Below the pieces are notes generated by a model. It saw nothing but the letters and a program-made list of their open reading frames with translations, was not told the DNA's origin and did no database searches. A program made the position numbers and the translations under genes. This document shows, piece by piece, positions 9,248 through 17,146 of a DNA stretch of 64,000 nucleotides; the first letter of the stretch is position 1; each line of letters starts with the position of its first letter. Origin of the DNA: an uncultured Oligoflexus sp. (GTDB taxonomy: Bacteria > Bdellovibrionota_B > Oligoflexia > Oligoflexales > Oligoflexaceae). The stretch covers positions 1-64,000 of the forward strand of contig CAXSGP010000011.1 of the NCBI GenBank assembly GCA_964236955.1. The letters run 5' to 3'.

Positions 9248-9425
9248 CTGGTGCCCTTCGAGTTTAGATCGTTTTCATAACGAGTACCGTGTCAATTCGC
9301 AATTAAGAAAAAAGCGTGCTGCTTCCACTCCGCAAACCAAAGCTTTGCCGGTTCGTGGTCTTTAAGCTTTCTTTTATCGGGCCATTACTTGGCGCGATCC
9401 TAATATCCTCTGGAGATGAATTCGA

Positions 9426-10220
9426 ATGGCCGAAAAAGCGAAAGCAAAAAAGGCAAAAGCTCTGTCGAAGAAAACTTCCGTTAAATCGAAAAAACGGGAC
9501 GAAAAGGAAAAAGAGATTGAGCAGCCTGAAGAACTTCAGCTTCAGGCCGAAGAAATGCCCAAGCGTTCTATAAAAGCTAAGGTCGCTATCCCCGCAGAGA
9601 AAGCGCCACCGGCCGCAGCGTCTGCCCCCTTGCCTTCGCCCTCGGTAAAAGAAACGATATCCCCATCAAAAATAGAGAAGCAATCCATCTCAGTCCGTGA
9701 GGAAAGAGAGATTAAAGTGCAGGCAACGCCTGAAATCATCGCTCCGATCCAACCCCGCGTCGTCGTCAATAAGCCGGAAGCACCTCGCCAGGAACCGGCA
9801 CGTGCGGAATACAACCGTCAGGAAACGAAGAAGCCAGACGCTGAAAACGATGGTCTAAGATTGCGTCTGTCGCAATCTTTGACCAAAAAGCTCAAGGAGC
9901 AAGCGGCTGACGAAGGCATATCGCTAGAGGAATTTGTGGGCGAATTGCTGGCTGAAAGCGTTGTCCTTCGCGCCTGGGAAATCGTTGAGCGTAAAAATGC
10001 GATGAAAGGTCACCCGCAGCAAGGGCCGAACTCCAACCAGCGTCCCAACAATAATAGTAGCCCCAACAATCAGGGGGGCGGCAATCGTGGGGGCCAACGG
10101 GGGACCAACCAAAGCAATAAGGGACATCGCGGCATGAGCCATGTCCGTTATCAAACCATTATGGACGACAAAGCGACTTTCCTGGAATACGTACGGAGCC
10201 AAGAAAAAGCTCGCCGCTAA
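9426..10220 (+). CDS. Low-complexity protein with a central ribbon-helix-helix (HicB C-terminal-like) DNA-binding domain
   Basis: LRLRLSQSLTKKLKEQAADEGISLEEFVGELLAESV fits the RHH pattern; Lys-rich N-terminus and N/Q/G-rich tail; RBS GGAG. Confidence 0.7.
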   Translation: MAEKAKAKKAKALSKKTSVKSKKRDEKEKEIEQPEELQLQAEEMPKRSIKAKVAIPAEKAPPAAASAPLPSPSVKETISPSKIEKQSISVREEREIKVQATPEIIAPIQPRVVVNKPEAPRQEPARAEYNRQETKKPDAENDGLRLRLSQSLTKKLKEQAADEGISLEEFVGELLAESVVLRAWEIVERKNAMKGHPQQGPNSNQRPNNNSSPNNQGGGNRGGQRGTNQSNKGHRGMSHVRYQTIMDDKATFLEYVRSQEKARR

Positions 10221-10231
10221 TATTTATAGGA

Positions 10232-11089
10232 ATGAAATTAAATATGCAACTTTGGTACTATGAAGACTATGCAGATGGGGTCAAACTTGGACTTGCCGCT
10301 AAGGAGGTTCTCTTCCGTGAGCAGTCTGATTTTCAAAGCGTAGACGTGATTGAAACGGAAGCCTATGGCCGCATGCTTTTGCTGGATGGTCTGGTGATGA
10401 CGACGGATAAAGATGAATTCGTCTATCATGAGCTCATCGCCCATGTTCCCGCACTTAATCATAAAAAGCCCGAGCGGGTTGTGGTAATCGGTGGTGGAGA
10501 TGGTGGTACCGTTCGCGAACTGTTAAAACATCCAGAAATCAAAGAGATCGTACTCTGCGAAATCGATGGGATGGTTGTTGAAGTCTGTGAGAAATACTTC
10601 CCCGAGATTGCCAAAGGTATCCGTGATCCCCGGGTTAAACTTAACATCGGTGATGGTATTGCTTATATGGCTGAGCATAAGGCCGACTTGCTTGATCTCG
10701 TGATCGTTGATTCCACCGATCCTATAGGGCCAGGCGAAGGACTCTTTAGTGGCGACTTTTACCGTAGCGTCGCGAAGGCGCTTAAGTCCGACGGGCTTAT
10801 GGTCTGTCAATCGGAGGGCCTCTGGCATCCAGCCCCTGTTCTCCAGCGCATCCATAAAAATGTGTCGGCTGGTTTTAGTCATGTCTATCCCTATATTGCA
10901 AGCATTCCCACCTATCCCAAGGGCACCTGGTCTTGGACAATGGCATCAAAAAATGCGATCAACATAAAAGACTACGATAAAACTCGTTTGAATAAGATTG
11001 AAGCGACTGGCTTGAAGTATTTGAACGAAGATCTGATGACGGGCGTGTTTGCATTACCAAACTTTTTCAAAGCTAAATTGAAGTCGTAA
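10232..11089 (+). CDS. speE: Polyamine aminopropyltransferase (spermidine synthase)
   Basis: LLDGLVM…DEFVYHE, VVIGGGDGGTVRE, CEIDG, IVDSTDPIGPG. Confidence 0.97.
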   Translation: MKLNMQLWYYEDYADGVKLGLAAKEVLFREQSDFQSVDVIETEAYGRMLLLDGLVMTTDKDEFVYHELIAHVPALNHKKPERVVVIGGGDGGTVRELLKHPEIKEIVLCEIDGMVVEVCEKYFPEIAKGIRDPRVKLNIGDGIAYMAEHKADLLDLVIVDSTDPIGPGEGLFSGDFYRSVAKALKSDGLMVCQSEGLWHPAPVLQRIHKNVSAGFSHVYPYIASIPTYPKGTWSWTMASKNAINIKDYDKTRLNKIEATGLKYLNEDLMTGVFALPNFFKAKLKS

Positions 11090-11134
11090 AAATGGGACCG
11101 GCTCCCAACCATCTGATTGGGGCGGAGCCGGTTT
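11088..11134. terminator. Probable bidirectional intrinsic terminator
   Basis: ACCGGCTCC (11097-11105)/GGAGCCGGT (11124-11132) stem; A-run on the left (U-tail for the minus strand) and TTT on the right. Confidence 0.7.
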
Positions 11135-11152
11135 AGTAGCGGAAGTGACGTC

Positions 11153-11200
11153 TTAACAGACGTTCACCTCCGTGCTACTAGTGCAATTAGAACACACCAA
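11153..11200 (-). CDS. Candidate 15-aa peptide MVCSNCTSSTEVNVC
   Basis: AAAGGAGG 6 nt before a TTG start; TAA at 11153-11155; below the ORF-track cutoff. Confidence 0.35.
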   Translation of the reverse strand: MVCSNCTSSTEVNVC

Positions 11201-11331
11201 GCACCACCTCCTTTCCTAAGCCTTTAGCTTATGGGACCTTAAAACCACGGTTTATCCGCTAGCCAGAGGGTCCTGCTTGGAGTTTAACATTAAAGAAAAG
11301 CAGCCGGGAAGAAGACTTATTGCCGGAAATC

Positions 11332-11366
11332 AAAAAAGTCCTCTGCGGTATAGAGCGCAAGGACTT
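11332..11366 (-). terminator. Intrinsic terminator of orn
   Basis: On minus: AAGTCCT-TGCG…CGCA-G-AGGACTT followed by TTTT, about 40 nt after the orn stop. Confidence 0.7.
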
Positions 11367-11404
11367 GAATAATTATCGTTAAATCTCAGCGTCAGTTCTT
11401 AGAA

Positions 11405-11950
11405 TTATTTAATGAAATAATTGTCCTGATAAAACTTCAGCTCCGCGATACTTTCTTTAATATCATCGAGGGCTCGGTGGGCATTCGTTTTGTTTGGCCC
11501 GGTTATGCCATTGGGATACCACCGCTTCGCCAGTTCTTTTATGGTGCTGACGTCGATCATGCGATAGTGCAGAAATTCGTGGACGCGTGGCATATATTTG
11601 CGGATGAACATTCTATCTTGGGCAATAGAATTGCCGCAGAGTGGCGACGATTTTGCGACAAGATGCTGCTCGAGATAAGCCAGAATCTGGTCTTCCGCCT
11701 CGAGGATGGAAAGCTTGGAGCTGAGGACCGAGGCCCACAGTCCTGACTTCGTATGATGCTCCTGGTTCCAACTGTCCATCTTGTCAAAGAGGGCGGCCTC
11801 CTGACGAACAATCAGACTGGGGCCTTCGGAAGTGATTTCAAGTGCGCTGTTGGTTAATAACAAAGCTATTTCAAGAACAACGTCCGTATCCGGGTCCAAA
11901 CCCGACATTTCCATGTCGATCCATACTAGCTTGTCTTTCGATTTGCCCAT
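11405..11950 (-). CDS. orn: Oligoribonuclease
   Basis: LVWIDMEMSGLD, LCGNSIAQDRMF, HYRMIDVSTIKEL, HRALDDIKESIAEL; start moved to ATG 11950. Confidence 0.97.
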   Translation of the reverse strand: MGKSKDKLVWIDMEMSGLDPDTDVVLEIALLLTNSALEITSEGPSLIVRQEAALFDKMDSWNQEHHTKSGLWASVLSSKLSILEAEDQILAYLEQHLVAKSSPLCGNSIAQDRMFIRKYMPRVHEFLHYRMIDVSTIKELAKRWYPNGITGPNKTNAHRALDDIKESIAELKFYQDNYFIK

Positions 11951-12202
11951 AAATTTTCTGAAGCTCCCATGCATCTCGACATTATAGATCCTAGCGAGCA
12001 ATTGAATTTGCTACAAGGCATAAGGAAATTCACTTCGTGACTTTGGCCAAAATGGCTAGTTTGCGACTGGTCATGCCAGCGAGAAAGCGGAGCCTGTGAC
12101 TTTATTTCTCATTTTTATCGATTTATCATGGTCTAACACTTATCATAAGAATTCTAAATACGATTTGGCATTGGATCTCACCAACGACTACTCTCGAGGA
12201 GC

Positions 12203-13291
12203 TTGAAAATCTCTATGACGATGATCATAAGAATGGCCCAAGTTGGAAAAGCATTGATTTTGGGCGGCCTTCTCGCTGCTATTGGCACCACTTCTGTTTT
12301 GCATGCTGAGCAGGCATTCAAGATATACGGAAAACCTTTTTCTGTCGAAGACCTTACGAAGGAAAACCAAGGTCAGTTTTTCGATGTGGAAGTCAAAAAA
12401 TATGAATTGATCTCCAATCTGGCACGAGACCGCTATCTGCAGGAGTTTTTCGTAAAGCTTGCTGAAAAAGATAAGGTTCCACTGGAAAAGGCGAAGGCTG
12501 ATTACCTCGACTCCAAAACCAAAGTCTCCGATTCGGAAGTCAAAGATAGTCTCGAAAAATTCAAGGATTACCCTCAGCTTAAAGATCGCTCGGACACTGA
12601 CAAGAAAAAACTGATTCAAGACTATCTGCAAAAAACCAAGGCGCAGGAAGTCTTTGAAGGCATCATCGCGGAAGGCATCGCCAAGAAAAATCTTGAAATT
12701 CAATATCCCGAACCCAAAGAACCTGTCTATAAGGTTGCAGTGAATGATAGCTCTGACCCGGTCAAATACGGTCCCGAGCCTAAGGATACCAAGCCGGTTG
12801 GCTGCAACGGCAACGCTTGCCCCATTACCATCATCGAGTACTCGGAATTTCAGTGTCCTTTTTGCGAGCGCGTTCAGCCTGCCAGCAAACGCATCTTGAA
12901 AGAGTATCAGGGTAAGATTCGCTGGATCGTACGCGACTTCCCTCTTGGTTTCCACAACCGGGCGCGCCCAGCAGCGATCGCTGCTCGCTGTGCTAAAGAC
13001 CAGGGTAAATACTGGGAAATGTATGAAGAGATGTTTAAAAATCAAAAAGCTCTGGGTGACGCCGACTTCAAGAAATACGCTAAGGAGATTAAACTCGACG
13101 GCAAGAAATTTGATGACTGTGTAGCCAAGCCAGATAAAATCGTCGATGTTATCGAGACCAATATGAAGTCAGGCGAAAAACTTGGTGTGACAGGTACACC
13201 AGCTTTTTTCATCAATGGTCGTCGCCTGTCGGGCGCTCTCCCCTACGAGGAGTTTAAAAAAGTCATCGACAGCGAACTTTCGGCAAAATAA
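12203..13291 (+). CDS. Periplasmic DsbA/thioredoxin-like oxidoreductase with N-terminal helical domain
   Basis: Signal peptide, EYSEFQCPFC, DFPLGFH, GVTGTPAFFINGR. The start could be 12203, 12215 or 12233. Confidence 0.9.
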   Translation: MKISMTMIIRMAQVGKALILGGLLAAIGTTSVLHAEQAFKIYGKPFSVEDLTKENQGQFFDVEVKKYELISNLARDRYLQEFFVKLAEKDKVPLEKAKADYLDSKTKVSDSEVKDSLEKFKDYPQLKDRSDTDKKKLIQDYLQKTKAQEVFEGIIAEGIAKKNLEIQYPEPKEPVYKVAVNDSSDPVKYGPEPKDTKPVGCNGNACPITIIEYSEFQCPFCERVQPASKRILKEYQGKIRWIVRDFPLGFHNRARPAAIAARCAKDQGKYWEMYEEMFKNQKALGDADFKKYAKEIKLDGKKFDDCVAKPDKIVDVIETNMKSGEKLGVTGTPAFFINGRRLSGALPYEEFKKVIDSELSAK

Positions 13292-13315
13292 TCTAAGTAT
13301 CTGATTTTTAATTTA

Positions 13316-13353
13316 AAAGAGGCCTTTTCAAAATTTTTTGGAAAGGCCTCTTT
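13316..13353 (+). terminator. Stem-loop, probable terminator after the DsbA-like gene
   Basis: AAAGAGGCCTTT…AAAGGCCTCTTT perfect 12-bp inverted repeat. Confidence 0.7.
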
Positions 13354-13363
13354 GGCTTTCTTG

Positions 13364-13390
13364 TCAAGTTCAGCCCAAAGCCTCCGATAG
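13364..13390 (+). promoter_or_regulatory. Putative sigma-28 (FliA) promoter of the PilZ gene
   Basis: TCAAGTT at 13364, exactly 15 nt after TCAA comes TCCGATAG (13383-13390). Confidence 0.6.
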
Positions 13391-13423
13391 ACCCTATGAA
13401 AACTCATACAAGGGCGTGTGGCG

Positions 13424-13822
13424 ATGGCTTCACAAGGTCGTGAAAATCGAAAAGTTAAAAGAGTGGCGCTGGACAAGCCGCTCCGGGTGATTATTTCCTC
13501 GATTGGGGCACAGGTTCGTTATGAGGTGAGCACGCGTGATATTTCTCATAGCGGCTTTTTCCTGGATTTTGAGAACCCTAATCGCTTTCCATTTAATCAC
13601 TCGAGTATTCTGGAAGTGTGGGCTGAACTTGAGCTTGGCCGAGCCGTATTTTTCAACGGGAAAATGGCTCGCGTCGTACCCAAGGATAATGCCGTCGTCA
13701 CCGAATCGGGGGCCGGCATTGCCATTAAAATTGTTCAAATCGACAAAGAAAATGAAAAGACCCTATTTGATTTCATCGGTCGAAAACTTGCCGACGGAAC
13801 GGCTCGTGAAGATGTTGCATAA
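13424..13822 (+). CDS. Stand-alone PilZ-domain protein (c-di-GMP receptor)
   Basis: RxxxR (RKVKR) and DxSxxG (DISHSG) motifs intact; ATG 13424 or GTG 13418. Confidence 0.85.
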   Translation: MASQGRENRKVKRVALDKPLRVIISSIGAQVRYEVSTRDISHSGFFLDFENPNRFPFNHSSILEVWAELELGRAVFFNGKMARVVPKDNAVVTESGAGIAIKIVQIDKENEKTLFDFIGRKLADGTAREDVA

Positions 13823-13952
13823 GCATAAGTAAGCATTATTCATTCCTCCGTTTTTTCAACAAATACCTAATTTTACCCCGCCGGTGCAAGCCTGCGGGGA
13901 TTGCCGCGTTGAGGCAAATTCGCGGCCGGGGCTGCCGGTAAAAGTGTTTCGC

Positions 13953-13981
13953 TGGACGCTGGGCAAGGAATTGATTACAGT
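13953..13981 (+). promoter_or_regulatory. Putative sigma-70 promoter
   Basis: TGGACG, 17-nt spacer, TACAGT, about 40 nt before ATG 14021. Confidence 0.35.
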
Positions 13982-14020
13982 AGAAAAACATCATTCTCAT
14001 ATATATCTAAGAGGTCACTC

Positions 14021-14260
14021 ATGGATTGGAAGACCCTCAAAATACCCGAAGGCAGCAAGCTCTTCAAAATTCATAGGTTCAACCTGATCCATCAGGGCGT
14101 GAACTATGTCCTTGAAATCAACGAGCATGGGTCTTCCATCTGGGTTGGGCATGGCGAACAGGCCACCGATCAAAATATTGTGATCCAATCGGTCAATGGC
14201 GATTCGCTCGAGGATTGCCTCAACAAACTTATCGATCGTATTAACAAGCGTCAACATTGA
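14021..14260 (+). CDS. Small hypothetical protein (79 aa)
   Basis: RBS GAGGT; 4-nt overlap with the namZ-like start. Confidence 0.7.
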   Translation: MDWKTLKIPEGSKLFKIHRFNLIHQGVNYVLEINEHGSSIWVGHGEQATDQNIVIQSVNGDSLEDCLNKLIDRINKRQH

Positions 14261-15450
14261 GGCTGCCTGTGAAGCTTGGAATGGAACGCCTGGTAGAAAA
14301 TCCTCACTTGGCCAAGGAGTGGGGACGTTGTGCTTTTCTCGGCAATCAGGCCTCAGTGGGTCCTGATTTTAAACCCTCCTGGGTCCTGCTTCATGACCTG
14401 CTCGGGGAGCGACTTGTCGCTTTTTTCGGGCCTCAACACGGCTTTCATGCAACGGTGCAAGACAATATGATAGAGACCGCGCACCATGCGGGTCCCTATG
14501 GTTTGCCCATCTACAGCCTTTATTCCGAGACGCGCGAGCCAAACGATTCGATGCTTGAAAACGTTGATACCATCGTCGTCGACCTGCAGATCACCGGCTG
14601 TCGAGTCTATACCTTCAAATATACGATCGCCGCCTGTCTTCGCGCCGCCAAGCGTCTGGGTAAGCGCGTCGTCATACTCGATCGGCCGAATCCCCTTGGT
14701 GGAAAGCATATTGAAGGACGCTGCCTCGATCTTGAAGCGCGATCATTCGTCGGCGAGTTTGAGATTCCGATGCGCCATGGCCTGACGACGGCTGAAGCCT
14801 CCTTACTCTTCAACCGAACAATCGAAGCTTCGCTTGAAATCGTAAAAATGAGCGGCTGGACTGGCACTGAATACTGGTCGGATATCTATAAGCATTGGGT
14901 CTTGACTTCACCCAATCTGCCAACCATCGATTCGGTCTACGTATATCCGGCGACAGTGATGCTTGAGGGAACCAACATTTCTGAAGGGCGTGGCACGGGA
15001 CTGCCCTTTCAATTGGTCGGGGCGCCTTATATCAAAGACGCCGAAATCTATGCAAAGCAGATCCAGCATTATATCAAAAGCGATGCGGTCTTTTTAAGGC
15101 CGGCCGAATTTCAACCGACCTCCCAGAAATGGCAAGGTGAAATCTGCCGCGGCGTGCACATTCATGTGGTTGATCCCAAACGAATAGAAACCTATGCGTT
15201 AGGATTGGCTGTAATTCGGGCGGCTATGGATCTGGGTGAAGAGAGCTTTCAATGGAAACGGCCCGGTTATGAATATAACTACACTGATCTGCCCATTGAT
15301 TTGATTTTAGGGGACCTGGGGGCCCATAAAAAGCTGGAGGAAAATTTTGAAATCAAAGACCCCTTCTGGTCAGTCGGGCTCTCCGATTACGCCCGGCAGG
15401 TCAGTGAGGGATTAATTTATCCGCGACGTCTGATTAAGGCACCTTGGTGA
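14257..15450 (+). CDS. Exo-beta-N-acetylmuramidase NamZ (DUF1343) family
   Basis: FGPQHGF, IYSLY, LDRPNPLGG, PMRHGLT, SPNLP, NISEGRGT. Confidence 0.92.
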   Translation: MRLPVKLGMERLVENPHLAKEWGRCAFLGNQASVGPDFKPSWVLLHDLLGERLVAFFGPQHGFHATVQDNMIETAHHAGPYGLPIYSLYSETREPNDSMLENVDTIVVDLQITGCRVYTFKYTIAACLRAAKRLGKRVVILDRPNPLGGKHIEGRCLDLEARSFVGEFEIPMRHGLTTAEASLLFNRTIEASLEIVKMSGWTGTEYWSDIYKHWVLTSPNLPTIDSVYVYPATVMLEGTNISEGRGTGLPFQLVGAPYIKDAEIYAKQIQHYIKSDAVFLRPAEFQPTSQKWQGEICRGVHIHVVDPKRIETYALGLAVIRAAMDLGEESFQWKRPGYEYNYTDLPIDLILGDLGAHKKLEENFEIKDPFWSVGLSDYARQVSEGLIYPRRLIKAPW

Positions 15451-16924
15451 TCTTGGGCGATTGAACGAGAGATTGGAATTGGGCATTCGAGCGAATGCCC
15501 TCAAAATCTTTATCGTTTAATGCGACAGTTTGCAGTCTACGGTCCAAGGAAATCGCCTGTTTGAGCTCACCCACGGCCTCTTCGCCCCGACCCATTAAGG
15601 CTAAAACACAGGCTTCGTTGTAGCGCGCCGACGCATCCTTGGGATCGATGTTGAGGGCTTGCGCGAAGGTTGAAAGTGCTTTTTCATTTTGATGCATACG
15701 GTAGAACGCCAGACCCATGCCGTTATAGAAGTCGCTGCGTTTGGGATCTAGGGTGATAGCCGCAGCAAAGGATTCTACGGCCTTTTCATGCTGCGAAAGC
15801 GATTCGGAGAGAACTTCTCCCTGCAGCGCGTAGAAATAGCTACTACCAGGTATTTGTAGGCGCAGCTCATCGAGGAAGATCGAGAATTCCCGAAGAGCAT
15901 GGCTCTCTGAATAGGATTTATGGGTGAAAGCAATCCATTTCAAGGGTTCGGATGTCGCTTCAATGGCCGCCAGGAAATAACTTGAAGCGAGCTTCTTGTC
16001 GCCTTTCAGCAAAGCGATATTACCAAGGTGCGATTTTGCCGAATTTTTTAATTCGTCGCTTGGGGCATTGGCGGCAACGTCGGCCAGAATTTTTTCAGCT
16101 TCTTTGGTTCGACCAAGTTTGGAATAAAGAAGTATCGCGTCCGAATATTTATTTTCAAAAGTAGGCTGGGTCTTATTGAGTTCAGCCAAAATCTGGTGAG
16201 CCTCCTCACTTCTGCCAAGCTCTGCGAGGGCCCGGGCCAAGCTCAATTGAAGAGCGGGTTTGTCGGCTTTTTTACGCCAAACCTTAAGGGCCGCTACCAA
16301 TTCTTCACCAGCGTAAGCCGACTCAAGACCGTTGGCAACGAACACGCTCACCATTTCGGCCGCCGCCGAATCCGCATTCAGGCTCTTTTCAAAATCAACG
16401 AGACTGTCTTTATCGACTTCCTGCGACGAAGCTAGGACGCCCCGAACAAAATTCGTGCGCCATCCTTGAGCGAAACTCGGACGATCGGCAAGCATTTCCA
16501 CGGCTTCCTGCTTATAACCCATAAGATCCAAAACCTGAGAGGCGACAAGGTACCCGTATTCTTTGTTGGGAGAGAGTTCGATGGCCTGTTGGCTCATTTC
16601 CGAGGCTTGCTTGAGGTAGCGCAGCTCCGAGGGATTATGTTTGAACATGCGAAGCGAAAGCTCGGCGATAAGATAGTGTTCGTAAGCTCCGGGATTTTCC
16701 TGCAAAAGACGCACGGCAGTGCGTTCAAGGGATTCATAGTTGCTGAGGTCGGACGTCCAAATGTGATTTTCAAGTTGGTCGTTTTTTGGGCTGGCAAGCG
16801 CTTGGCCTTGGCCAATCGTGAGTCCCCAGAGCAGGGTTACGGCCATCGCCGTGCACCTGGGCAAAAATTTCCCGGAAACGGCCGCTCTTTCCCTAGCTTG
16901 ACACTTGTTGGTATCCCTTACCAT
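15434..16924 (-). CDS. Exported tetratricopeptide-repeat protein
   Basis: Signal-like N-terminus, several TPRs, C-terminal YNEACVLALMG…AISLD…ALNDKDF cap. Confidence 0.85.
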   Translation of the reverse strand: MVRDTNKCQARERAAVSGKFLPRCTAMAVTLLWGLTIGQGQALASPKNDQLENHIWTSDLSNYESLERTAVRLLQENPGAYEHYLIAELSLRMFKHNPSELRYLKQASEMSQQAIELSPNKEYGYLVASQVLDLMGYKQEAVEMLADRPSFAQGWRTNFVRGVLASSQEVDKDSLVDFEKSLNADSAAAEMVSVFVANGLESAYAGEELVAALKVWRKKADKPALQLSLARALAELGRSEEAHQILAELNKTQPTFENKYSDAILLYSKLGRTKEAEKILADVAANAPSDELKNSAKSHLGNIALLKGDKKLASSYFLAAIEATSEPLKWIAFTHKSYSESHALREFSIFLDELRLQIPGSSYFYALQGEVLSESLSQHEKAVESFAAAITLDPKRSDFYNGMGLAFYRMHQNEKALSTFAQALNIDPKDASARYNEACVLALMGRGEEAVGELKQAISLDRRLQTVALNDKDFEGIRSNAQFQSLVQSPKITKVP

Positions 16925-17146
16925 AAATCCTCCGAGGCTATTCTTTGGCTTCTCCTACCTTTTCGGTTGAATAGTAAAATTGTTAAGAAATATTTTGAAA
17001 ATGGCGCAGCGCCCTCTGAATAATCCCTCCTTTCCACAGCTTGCAAGCGCCTGTCTTGACCTTAATAACTGGCCAAGTAGGCAGTTTTTTCACGGAACCT
17101 AAACAAAATTTCCTAGTTGACGATAGGGCTGTAGGGAGAACAAACC

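Larger units (their letters stand above)
11088..11280 (-). ncRNA. Candidate small structured RNA or small-peptide mRNA
   Basis: Bounded by two terminators; extended -10 TGTTAAACT (11281-11289, minus); four stem-loops, most with G-U pairs favouring the minus strand; two SD motifs. Confidence 0.5.

Noticed and set aside
9113..9256. SAM-I-like words (CCAGAG, CTGGCCCGATG, GATAAG, GAGGGA, GGTGCC) upstream of speE
   Set aside because: They are out of SAM-I order and the GCAACC element is missing; not a canonical SAM-I or spermidine-variant riboswitch.
8893..9260. GGGGCCCGATT…TTGACG resembles a tmRNA 5' end
   Set aside because: No T-arm (GGTTCRANTCC) or acceptor/CCA end about 350 nt downstream.
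12188..13045. 285-aa minus-strand ORF, and similar long antisense ORFs at 3406-3990, 35399-36061, 51279-51830 and 63075-63839
   Set aside because: Shadow frames opposite well-supported genes, with no recognisable motifs.
13871..13943. c-di-GMP-I riboswitch next to the PilZ gene
   Set aside because: It has a GNRA loop and a GGGGCUGCCG-like end but lacks the GGCAAA and GACGCAAAGC core.
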